This document shows positions 38,933 through 48,068 of a stretch of DNA of 64,000 nt, one piece after another (the first letter of the stretch is position 1; each line of letters starts with the position of its first letter). The stretch covers positions 64,001 to 128,000 of the forward strand of contig CAVPXI010000004.1 in NCBI GenBank assembly GCA_963709585.1, given 5' to 3'. The notes under the pieces are model-generated. The model saw nothing but the letters and a program-made list of their open reading frames with translations. It was not told the DNA's origin and made no database searches. This DNA comes from Candidatus Dormiibacterota bacterium. Its GTDB lineage: Bacteria; Chloroflexota; Dormibacteria; Aeolococcales; Aeolococcaceae. A program made the position numbers and the translations under genes.

Positions 38933-38964
38933 AAAAAAAAGACCGGAGGGGGAACCCTCCGGCC
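38933..38964 (-). terminator. Intrinsic terminator (minus strand)
   Basis: Minus strand GGCCGGAGGG-TTCC-CCCTCCGGTC-TTTTTTTT. Confidence 0.85.
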
Positions 38965-39031
38965 TTTCAGGAAGGGAATGAGTTTCACACGTGGGCAGCC
39001 TGGGAACTGCGGGCCTTGACTGTACCCCTCG
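38933..39031 (-). ncRNA. Candidate trans-acting sRNA (about 100 nt)
   Basis: Extended -10 TGcTATCCT (39038-39046), no ORF, ends in an intrinsic terminator with U8. Confidence 0.55.
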
Positions 39032-39075
39032 CCTCTCAGGATAGCAGTAAAGGAACCTCCAATTCTTGTAAATAG

Positions 39076-41022
39076 ATGTCAACCGAAGTACTGACCTCAG
39101 AGCCTAGCAAACTCGAGAGCGACGGCGGCGTCCCGCTGGTCCGGGCGGGGCTTCGGGGGTTCCTGGACCTGGGGCGCTTCGATGTCATCGCGGTGATCGC
39201 GCTCGTGCTGGTGGCGTTCGGGCTGCGCGTGGCCAGCCCGATCTTCCCGGACTTTCTGAGCGGGGGCGGGACCGTGAGCGCGCTCGGGGTCGGCTATCCG
39301 ACCACCCGCGGGTCGAGCGCCGAATGCACCCAGGTGCCCGTCGGCCCGCCGGGGGTGGTTGCCGGCGTCAAGGTCAGCCACATCGATGTGAGCGTCTGCG
39401 GCTACGTCTTCGACGAGATCTATTTCCCGGTCGACGCCGCCAAGGACCTGCGCCAACCCGCCGAGTCGTACTTCGACCCCGAGCCGCCGCTGGCCAAGCT
39501 GCTGATGGCCCCACCGATCGCGATTTTCGGCTTCAACAGCTGGACCTGGCGGCTGAGCACGACCCTCTTCGGCAGCCTGCTCGTCGGAGTCATGTACCTG
39601 GTTGCGCTGCGCCTCCGCCGCGATCGCTTCTTCGCCCTCGTCACCGCGGCGCTCATCTGCTTCGACGGGCTCGCGTTCGTCGAATCGCGCACCGGCGTCA
39701 TCGACATCATCGCGATCTTCTTCGTCGCGCTCTTCTATTACGTGTTCCTGCTCCACTGGCAGGCACGGACCCGCGCGCAATGGCGCGCCACCTTGTACGT
39801 GATGGCGGGCATCGCCGGACTCGCGTTTGCGGCAAAGCTCACCGCGCTCGCTCCACTGGTGGTGGCCGCTGGCCTGATCGTGGTGCGCGGGATCGCCCCG
39901 TACCTCGCCGGATTCATTCCCTGGCTGCGCCGCATCGCCGGGCCGGGACGCGCCGAGACGATCATGTGGCGGCACGCTGCGGGCTCACGGGCGATCCTCC
40001 ATTACGTCGCGGGCGGCCTCATAGCGCTCGCCATCTTCGGCGCGTCCTTCTCGCGCTACGAGACGATCCAGCACCAGGACGTGTACTTCTTCACGAGCTG
40101 CAATCCCGCGGTTCCCGGCCTGCCCGGGACGCCGAAGACGCTCAACGTCCCCGTGGTGCACGTCGGATCAGTGCCGGTGCCGAACCCCGTCGAGGCGATC
40201 GACAACATCGTGCAGATCACCGCGGCGTCGCTGCGCTACCACGCCGAGGAATGTCACAGCCATCCGTACTCCTCGCTCTGGCTGACCTGGCCGATCATGG
40301 AGCACCCGGTGCTCTTCTATGCGACGTCCCAGCCGAACAACGGGCCGGTCGCGGAGATCACCGACATGGGCAACCCCGCGCTCTGGTGGCTCGGCATTCT
40401 CGCCCTGCTGTTCTGCGTGTGGCGGATGACACGCGGGCCGAACTGGTGGCGCCTGCTGGTCGCGCTCATCGGGCTCGGCTCGCTCGCCGCGATGATCATC
40501 CTGTACCAGGCGGCCGTCCGTTATCACAACCCAACCAACTTCAACACGTCGTACACCGCGGCGCAGTTCACCGCGTTGTTCCACCAGCAACCGTCGTCAC
40601 AGTACGAGATCGCGCGAACCTCACCCGGGTTCGGTTTTGTCGTCGCTTTCGCGGGCATGTTCGTCTTCGCGGCGCTGGTCACCGTGTCCGCGGTGATCTC
40701 ACGACGATTCGTGCCGGCGTTCATCGTGCTCGGGTACATCGCGTCGTGGATGATGTGGGTGCCTGGCAATGAGCGGCGAGTCCTGTTCTTCTATCACGCG
40801 CTCGGCATCCTGCTGTTCACCGCGCTCGCGCTCGCGTACGCGCTGACCGCGCTCCGCGGCGTCCGAGTGCGCATCGGCGGCCGGCGGATATCGCTGGCGC
40901 CGGTCGCGTACGCCCTGGTCGGCAGCGTGCTCGCCGCATTCATCTTCTTCTACCCGATCTGGACGGCCATGCCGCAGAGCCCGGCCGACCAGCAGATGAG
41001 GATCTGGGTCGACGTCGGGTGA
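39076..41022 (+). CDS. Protein O-mannosyltransferase-like GT-C (PMT family)
   Basis: VFDEIYF, EPPLAKLLMA, ESR...ID, HPYSSLWLTWP, GNPALWW, RVLFFYH, FFYPIW. Confidence 0.88.
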   Translation: MSTEVLTSEPSKLESDGGVPLVRAGLRGFLDLGRFDVIAVIALVLVAFGLRVASPIFPDFLSGGGTVSALGVGYPTTRGSSAECTQVPVGPPGVVAGVKVSHIDVSVCGYVFDEIYFPVDAAKDLRQPAESYFDPEPPLAKLLMAPPIAIFGFNSWTWRLSTTLFGSLLVGVMYLVALRLRRDRFFALVTAALICFDGLAFVESRTGVIDIIAIFFVALFYYVFLLHWQARTRAQWRATLYVMAGIAGLAFAAKLTALAPLVVAAGLIVVRGIAPYLAGFIPWLRRIAGPGRAETIMWRHAAGSRAILHYVAGGLIALAIFGASFSRYETIQHQDVYFFTSCNPAVPGLPGTPKTLNVPVVHVGSVPVPNPVEAIDNIVQITAASLRYHAEECHSHPYSSLWLTWPIMEHPVLFYATSQPNNGPVAEITDMGNPALWWLGILALLFCVWRMTRGPNWWRLLVALIGLGSLAAMIILYQAAVRYHNPTNFNTSYTAAQFTALFHQQPSSQYEIARTSPGFGFVVAFAGMFVFAALVTVSAVISRRFVPAFIVLGYIASWMMWVPGNERRVLFFYHALGILLFTALALAYALTALRGVRVRIGGRRISLAPVAYALVGSVLAAFIFFYPIWTAMPQSPADQQMRIWVDVG

Positions 41023-43230
41023 CCGCCTTGCTCGTCGTCATCGACGCCGCGCTGACGCTCGCGGCCGGAGCAGCCCTGTCCGGGCTCGTGCGCACCCACC
41101 TGACCCTGATGGAACGCGCGCTGATCGGCATCACCAGCGGGCTGCTGGTCGGTACCGCCGCAACCTACGGGCTCTCGCTGCTCGCGGGCCTCAACATCGC
41201 GACCGTCCTGGCCGGGCCCGGCGCTCGCTCTGGTCGTTGCGCTCGCGGTGTCCTTGCTGACCGTGAATCCACGCGCGACGTGGCGCGCGTCGTGGGTGGA
41301 GTCGAGGGACCGCTGGGCTCAGCGCATCCCCTGGTTCTCGATTCTGGCGATGGCCGGTGGGGGGGCGGTGGTGATCGCGATCTTCGCGCACACCGTCTAC
41401 TCGGACGCGGGCGGACTCGAGGCCGGCTATCCGACGGTCTGGGCGGACTGGTCGCAGCACCTGACCACCGCGGCGAGCTTCGCGTCGGGCGGCAACATCC
41501 CCCCGGTCAACCCCCTCTTCAGCGGCACCACGTTGCTCTATCCGTTTCTGCCCGACTTTCACGCGGCGACCTTGATCACGCTCGGTCTCGCCCCCGGTCT
41601 GGCGCTCGCGATTCCGGGCGGAATCCTGGTCGCGGTCATCGCCATGCTGGTGGTCGCGCTGGGGCGGCGCCTCGGCCTCGGCACCGCGGCCGGGGTGATC
41701 GCAGTGCTGATCTGCTTCATCGGTGGCGGCCTCGGATTCATCGGCGCGTTCTCCGATGCGTGCACCAGCCATGGATTCAGCGCGACGCAGTGCACGCTGC
41801 AGTACGTCGTGACGCATCCCGGTACGGGTGTGTCCATCGTCGCGTGGACGCTGCACGACCTTCCCGGCACGATCGCCGCGCAGCCGCGTGCCTATGACGG
41901 GCTGCCGTCCGACGGGGGTGCGGCGCCGCTGCCCAACATGCAGTGGTACACGCCGCTCATGGCTTGGTGGCTTCCGCAACGCACGCTGCTCTTCGGTTTC
42001 GCGGCCGCGATCTCGGTGCTGCTGCTCGTGCTCGCCGGGGCGTCGTCGCACGGTCCAAGCTGGGAGCCGTTCGCGCTGGCCGGAGTGCTCATCGGTCTGC
42101 TCCCGATCGTTCACGTCCAAACCCTCATCGCGTTGTCGATCCTGCTGTTCGTGCTGTTCTGGCGCCGACGGCGGCGCGACTGGTTTGCTTTGCTCGGCGT
42201 CGCGGTGGTGCTCGGCGGCGTCCGGCTCGCGCAGCTGGTGCTCTCGCAGCACGGCGCACTGGTCACGCCCTACGGCACCAACGTGTACCCATGGCTCGAG
42301 CCGGGGTGGCTCGCCAATGCCGGCACCTTCGCCGACCCGAGCGGGAGGCTGACGCTCTCGATCGGCAACGTGTTCACCGGCGCGATCCAGGCGGTGGGGA
42401 TGCTCGGCACCGCCCGGTGGTGGGGATTCTGGGTTGCCAATCTCGGTATCGCGGTCCCGCTCCTCGCCTTTGTCGCGATCGCCACCGCGACGCGGCTCGG
42501 TGGCTGGAAGGTTGGACGCTCGCTGACCAGTGCATTCCCGGTGCCCCTGCTCGAGCTCACGCTCGGCGCGCTGGTCATCTTTGCCGCGTGCAACCTCGTC
42601 GTCTTCCAGTCCTGGAACTGGGACAACACGAAGTTGCTCGTGTACTGGTACCTGGTCATCGGATTGCTGATCGGGGCGCTCGCCGCGCACTGGTGGCGGC
42701 GCGTGTGGCCACGGGTGGCGGCGATCATGCTGGTGGCGCCGGTGCTCCTGACTGGCGCGCTCGTCGTCCTCCGGCTCTTGCCCTGGACGCCCCCGGCGAG
42801 CGCGATCACAGGACCGTACACGATTGCGAACACGCAGGAACTACAGCTTGCATCGACAATCGACCGCGTGACTCCCGGAGACGCGGTCGTCCTGACCTTC
42901 GGCCGCCCCAACGATCCCGTCCTCGCCGTGGCCGGTCGCATCGGCGTGATGGGTTACGGCGGCTGGCTCTGGAGCTACGGCATCAGCTTTGAGACCCGCT
43001 ACAACGACGTGCAGACCATGTACAACGGATGCACAGCCGGCCAGGCAACATGCCCGGTCTTCAGCCTGCTGCGCACGTACGGCATCAGCTACGTCGAGAT
43101 CGACAGCCGGCTCACCGACCCGGGCGCGATCGACTCCCGGGTCGGGCTCAGCTGGTGGGCGGACCAAGGGCTCCCGGTCGTCGCGCGCACCGACCACATC
43201 ACTATCTACGACGTCCGTGGCAGGGGCTGA
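41019..43230 (+). CDS. Large polytopic membrane protein, probable GT-C (frameshift near 41220)
   Basis: WADWSQH, YPFLPDF, PQRTLLFG, WDNTKL, GWLWSYGI; N-terminal TMs in the upstream frame. Confidence 0.75.
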
Positions 43231-43231
43231 C

Positions 43232-43972
43232 GTGGTCGACGACTCCACGGCCACGCGCTCCCATCCATCGGTGAGCGCGGTGCTTCCCGCCTACAACGAG
43301 GAGGCGGTGATCGCCGAAACGGTCAGGCGCACCGCTGCAGCGCTCACCGATCTGGGCGTCGCCGATTTCGAGATTCTGGTCATCGACGACGGCAGCAAGG
43401 ATGCGACCGCGGCTCGCGCGTCGAGCGCCGACGGCGCTGGCGCGCGGGTCCGTGTCGTGTCGCATCCGCGTAACCGCGGCTATGGTGCAGCGCTGCGCAC
43501 CGGGTTCGACGCGGCCACCCGCGACGCCGTGTTCCTCATGGACAGCGACGGTCAGTTCGACCCCACCGAGATCTCCCGGCTCCTGGCCATGTACGGACCC
43601 GACCGCGTCATCTGTGGATACCGCATCCGGCGCCAGGACACGTGGGCGCGGCGCTTCTATCACACGGCATTCTTCGGCCTCGTCCGCCTCGGATTCGGAC
43701 CGACCGCTCGCGACGTCAACTGTGCCTTCAAACTGTTTCCACGAGCGGTCGGCCGGGGGCTCCACGCTGAAGGGGCTCTTGTCTCCACCGAGCTCCTGAT
43801 CCGCGCGCGCCGGAGTGGATACCGGCTTATGAATGTCGGCGTTCATCACTATCCACGCACCACCGGTCGCGCCACCGGAGCCGATGTCCGCGTGGTTGTG
43901 CGTGCGTTCCGCGAGCTCTGGCGGTTGCGGAGTGACCCCGCGATGCTCGGCGGGCTCGAACCGCCCGCGTGA
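43232..43972 (+). CDS. Glycosyltransferase family 2
   Basis: VLPAYNEE, IDDGSKD, NRGYGAAL, MDSDGQF, DVNCAFKL. Confidence 0.92.
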   Translation: MVDDSTATRSHPSVSAVLPAYNEEAVIAETVRRTAAALTDLGVADFEILVIDDGSKDATAARASSADGAGARVRVVSHPRNRGYGAALRTGFDAATRDAVFLMDSDGQFDPTEISRLLAMYGPDRVICGYRIRRQDTWARRFYHTAFFGLVRLGFGPTARDVNCAFKLFPRAVGRGLHAEGALVSTELLIRARRSGYRLMNVGVHHYPRTTGRATGADVRVVVRAFRELWRLRSDPAMLGGLEPPA

Positions 43973-45081
43973 GGCGGGGGCCTGCCACGCGGTCATCGTG
44001 GCGCACCGCGCTGGCGGCCGTGGCGCTTTCGCGTCTGCTCTGGGTGGGCGTCTTCGTCGCCGTGCTCGCCATCGATTTCCCGTCGACACCGCTGCTGACC
44101 GGCATCCGCGATCACCTGGTCGGGTGGGACGCGATCAGCTATCTGTCGATCGCGGCCCACGGGTACCCGGCGCACCTCGATTACCGCGATGCATTCCTCC
44201 CGGGCTTTCCCCTGGTCATACGTGCGATCGCGGTGGTCACGCGCGACGACGTGACCGCGTCGTGGCTGGTCAACGCGGTCGCTGAGACGATCGCCCTCTG
44301 GTACATCGGCCGCCTGGTGCTCGGCGAGCGCGACCAGTCCGCGGCGACGTTCTCGGTATGGCTGCTTGCGCTTGCGCCCACGGCGCTGTTTCTGATCGCC
44401 CCCTTCAGCGAGAGCACGTTCATCGCGTCGGCCGCCGCCAGCCTGTACTACGCGCGCGCCGGTCAATCCGGCAAGGCGATCGTGGCCGCGGCAATCGCCT
44501 GCGCCTTCCGGCTCACCGGACTGGCGCTGATCCCGGCGCTCGCCGTCGAGCAACTCCGACGAGGCGGATGGCGACCGCGACCCGAGATGCTCCTGGTCCT
44601 GCTCGCCGCCGTGCCGCTCGCGCTCTACGGCCTGTACATGCAGATCCATATCGGCGATGCCCTGGCGCTCCTGCATGCCGATCACCTGGCGTCCTTTGGG
44701 TTGCAGCCCACGCCGCCCTGGACCGGGTTCGCGGCGACCTGGCAGACGCTCATCAACGCCGACAACGGGGAGACGCGCTCGATCTTCGCCCGCGAGGTCG
44801 CGTTCGGTCTGCTCGGCCTGGCGCTCTGCGCCGGCATGTGGATGTCGCCGCGGATTCCCCGATCGCTCGCTGTGTACTGCACCATCGCGTGGTTGATGAC
44901 CGCCTCACTGCCGTTCTGGCGCTCCCAGCCTCGCTACAGCCTCGCGCTGTTCCCGGTGGTGCTGCTCGTCGCCGATCTCACCCAGCGCTATCCACGTGCC
45001 CGGCCGGCGATACTCGGCGCCAGCGGCCTGCTCATGTGCGCGGGCACCTGGATCTTCGCCCAGGGGCGGTGGCTCGGGTGA
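43969..45081 (+). CDS. GT-C mannosyltransferase (PIG-V/Gpi18-like)
   Basis: WDAISYLSIAAHGY, AFLPGFP, APFSESTF, R.TG, SQPRY. Confidence 0.85.
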   Translation: MRRGPATRSSWRTALAAVALSRLLWVGVFVAVLAIDFPSTPLLTGIRDHLVGWDAISYLSIAAHGYPAHLDYRDAFLPGFPLVIRAIAVVTRDDVTASWLVNAVAETIALWYIGRLVLGERDQSAATFSVWLLALAPTALFLIAPFSESTFIASAAASLYYARAGQSGKAIVAAAIACAFRLTGLALIPALAVEQLRRGGWRPRPEMLLVLLAAVPLALYGLYMQIHIGDALALLHADHLASFGLQPTPPWTGFAATWQTLINADNGETRSIFAREVAFGLLGLALCAGMWMSPRIPRSLAVYCTIAWLMTASLPFWRSQPRYSLALFPVVLLVADLTQRYPRARPAILGASGLLMCAGTWIFAQGRWLG

Positions 45082-45908
45082 TCATCGACAGCCACGTCCA
45101 CATCCTGCCGGGGAGCATGCGCGACGCCCGTGGCCACCTCGCGCTCCTCGATCCGTGGTTTGACGTGTGTCATCAAGGCGAGCGCTCGATCGTCACCGCC
45201 GGGGAGTTGCTGGCGACGATGGATGCGACCGGGGTCGATCGCTCGGTGTGCTTCGGCTGGCCGTTCGCCGACCCCGCGCTCTGCGCCGAGGTCAACGATC
45301 ACCTGATCGCCGTGCAGCGCGATCATCCCGACCGGCTCACATGCTTCGCTACGGTGAGCGCGGCCCGACCGGGTGCCGTCGCCGAGCTGCAGCGTTGCGC
45401 CGAGGCGGGGCTGCGCGGTGCCGGTGAGCTCAATGCCGACGCGCAGGGATTCGCCCTCGATGCTGCGGCGATTGACGACGTGGCGGTGGCGTGCACCGAC
45501 CTGGGGATCCCGCTCGTCCTGCACTGCAGCGAGCCGGTGGGTCACGACTACCCGGGCAAGGGCACTGCGACGCCCGGACTGGTCGCGGCGTTCGCGCTGC
45601 GCCACCCCAAGCTGCGCCTCGTCTGCGCGCACCTCGGCGGAGGCCTACCGTTCTTCGCGCATATGCCCGAGGTGGCCGAACTGTGCCGGCGGCTCTGGTT
45701 CGACACCGCCGCCGGCCCGTTCCTCTTCGCCCCGACGGCGTACCGCGCGGTCATCGACCTCTGTGGCGCGGACCGCTTGCTCTTCGGCTCGGACCACCCG
45801 CTGCTACCCGCGCGGCGCTACATCGACGCGTTCGCGCAGGCGGAGCTCACGCCCGCGGAGCGAGCGCTGGTGATGGGCGGCAACGCCGTGCAGCTGCTTG
45901 GTCTGTGA
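45078..45908 (+). CDS. Amidohydrolase family 2 protein
   Basis: IIDSHVH, GAGEL, LHCSEPVGH, AHLGGG, LLFGSDHP. Confidence 0.9.
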   Translation: MIIDSHVHILPGSMRDARGHLALLDPWFDVCHQGERSIVTAGELLATMDATGVDRSVCFGWPFADPALCAEVNDHLIAVQRDHPDRLTCFATVSAARPGAVAELQRCAEAGLRGAGELNADAQGFALDAAAIDDVAVACTDLGIPLVLHCSEPVGHDYPGKGTATPGLVAAFALRHPKLRLVCAHLGGGLPFFAHMPEVAELCRRLWFDTAAGPFLFAPTAYRAVIDLCGADRLLFGSDHPLLPARRYIDAFAQAELTPAERALVMGGNAVQLLGL

Positions 45909-45936
45909 CAACGTGCCCCTCCCGTTACGAATCTGT

Positions 45937-46130
45937 GTCCCAGCATCGGAGGCTATGTTCGGGCCCTTTGCGACACTTTCCCCGGGCGGAGAAACCGGCG
46001 CCCGCCAGCCGGTCCTTCGCCTCTTTCGTGACCAGGATCGGGGGCTTCGGCCCCCATCCGTGGTCGCAACCGACGCTCCGATGAGGGACCGGGTGCATGT
46101 CGAAGCCGGCACCTCCGTGGGCCGGTTTCG
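45937..46130 (+). ncRNA. Candidate structured ncRNA (possibly 6S-like; unassigned)
   Basis: Nested end-to-end pairings GTCCC/GGGAC, CATCGGAG/CTCCGATG, TTGCGAC/GTCGCAA; C(UUCG)G hairpin; G-U pairs favour the plus strand. Confidence 0.5.
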
Positions 46131-46192
46131 CGCTGTCCTCGCCAGCCCACGGCCAAATCGCGCCGCGAGGCGAACGACCGAGCCTTCTACTT

Positions 46193-46645
46193 TTACGCGG
46201 GTGGAAGTGCGATCGACAGGCCGTAGACACCGTCGATGATCGTCACGTTGATCGACTGAGCCAGATCGATCGTGCTTGGAACCTGAATGTCGCTCGTGGT
46301 AGGCGCGGCGTCAGCGGTACATGAAGAGCCGGCCGGTGCCGCGCCATCGCTCATGGTCACCGACAGTGCGTTTGATGGCGCAGTGACCAATCGGATGGGC
46401 AACCTCGGACAGCCTGAACTGCCCCACGTGACAACCTCGAGTTGGGCAGCCCCGGAGCGGAGGACAACGTCGCGGGCGCCCAATCCCGGCAGACCGACCG
46501 TCGTGACCCCCTTCGGCAGGCCGAGGTGATCGCTCAGCAGCCACGACGGGCGACCTGCGTCTCCGAATGGGGAGGTCCCCCCGCACGCAACGACCGCGAA
46601 GGTCACAGCCGCAACGGCGGGGATGAGGCGCAGGCGCGCGGTCAC
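46193..46645 (-). CDS. Small lipoprotein
   Basis: Lipobox VVAC; TWGSSGCP and CTAD motifs. Confidence 0.75.
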   Translation of the reverse strand: MTARLRLIPAVAAVTFAVVACGGTSPFGDAGRPSWLLSDHLGLPKGVTTVGLPGLGARDVVLRSGAAQLEVVTWGSSGCPRLPIRLVTAPSNALSVTMSDGAAPAGSSCTADAAPTTSDIQVPSTIDLAQSINVTIIDGVYGLSIALPPA

Positions 46646-46708
46646 GAACCAGTATCTACACAAACGGGACGCGCCGCAGGGTCCCGAAGTCTCGCAAACT
46701 GTGCGGCG

Positions 46709-48010
46709 ATGTTCACTCCTGAAACGCTCGACGTCGTCATGGTGTCCTTCGAGGGACCCGATCAGTACAGCCAGGCGGGCGGTCTCGGGGTGCGCGCCCG
46801 GGAGCTCTGCCGTGCATTCGCGGCGCTCGGATTTCGGACCACGCTCGTCTTCGTCGGCGACCCTGACAAGCCGGGTGTCGAGCTCGACCAGGGAGTGCAG
46901 CTCGTCCGCTGGTGCCAGCAGATCAGCGATCGCTACCGCACCGGCGTCTACGAGGGAGAGCTGGCGAAGATTCGAGACCTGACCGCCACCCTCCCCGACG
47001 CCCTCATCGACAGCATCCTCCGCCCGGCGGCGGAGGCGGGGAGAGTCACCGCGGTCCTGTGCGAGGAGTGGCACACGGCGTGGTTCTGCAAGGCCCTGAG
47101 CGACCGGCTGCACGCGCTCGGTCTGCGCCAGAACGCGGTGCTGCTCTGGAATGCCAACAACCTCTTCGGCTTCGAGTCGATCGACTGGCCGGTGCTCGAC
47201 TACGTCGCCTCGATCACCACGGTCAGCAAGTACATGAAGCACCTCATGTGGCCGTACGGCGTCAACCCGGTGGTGATTCCCAACGGGATCCCCAAGGGCG
47301 CGCTTGCCCCGGTGGACGGCTCGGCGGCACGGGCGATCCGGGCCGCCGCGGGGACGCCGTCGCTCGCCTTCAAGATCGGCCGCTTCAGCCCGGACAAGCG
47401 CTGGAATCAGGCGGTCGCCGCCATCGCCGGCCTGCGATCCGACGGGATGCCCGCTCGCATGCTCATGCGCGGCGGCATGGAGCCGTACGGTGCGACCGTG
47501 CTCGCGTTCGCAGCCGAATGCGGCCTTGCGGTGACCGACTGGTACGAGCCGGTGGAGGACGCGGGGGGCATCGTGCGCTCACTCACCGAGACCGACGGCG
47601 CGGCGATCGTGCACCTCCGCCGCTTTCTCCCCGACCAGGTGATCACCGAGATCAACGTCGGCGCGACCGCGGTGCTCGCCAACTCAGGGCACGAGCCGTT
47701 CGGGCTCGTCGGCCTCGAGGCGATGGCCGCGGGCGGCGTCGCCATGGTCGGTGCGACCGGCGAGGAGTACGCCCGCCCCTATGGCAACGCCATCGTGGTC
47801 GAGACCGACGACCCGGCCGAGATCTCGAGCGCGCTTCGCGGTCTCGTCGAGCAGCCGGCGCTGGCCGAGCGGCTGCGCATCGCTGCTCGCCGCGACGCAG
47901 CCGACTTCGCCTGGCCGATCGTCATCGACGGGTTGCTCGAACGCCTCCGCTTCATGTGCCTGCATCAGCGGGTGCTGCTCCCGGCCGGCGGAGCACCGTC
48001 GCGCGCGTAA
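46709..48010 (+). CDS. Glycosyltransferase family 4
   Basis: SFEGPDQYSQAGGLG, IPNGI, KIGRFSPDK, HEPFGLVGLEAMAAG. Confidence 0.9.
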   Translation: MFTPETLDVVMVSFEGPDQYSQAGGLGVRARELCRAFAALGFRTTLVFVGDPDKPGVELDQGVQLVRWCQQISDRYRTGVYEGELAKIRDLTATLPDALIDSILRPAAEAGRVTAVLCEEWHTAWFCKALSDRLHALGLRQNAVLLWNANNLFGFESIDWPVLDYVASITTVSKYMKHLMWPYGVNPVVIPNGIPKGALAPVDGSAARAIRAAAGTPSLAFKIGRFSPDKRWNQAVAAIAGLRSDGMPARMLMRGGMEPYGATVLAFAAECGLAVTDWYEPVEDAGGIVRSLTETDGAAIVHLRRFLPDQVITEINVGATAVLANSGHEPFGLVGLEAMAAGGVAMVGATGEEYARPYGNAIVVETDDPAEISSALRGLVEQPALAERLRIAARRDAADFAWPIVIDGLLERLRFMCLHQRVLLPAGGAPSRA

Positions 48011-48068
48011 TTCGTCGCGGTGCGCCATATGATCTGAACGAACAGACCGGCGCCGAGGAGGTGGCTGC

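Noticed and set aside
45937-46089. HDV-like ribozyme (GTCCCAGC...GGGAC resemblance)
   Set aside because: The nested double-pseudoknot elements could not be placed
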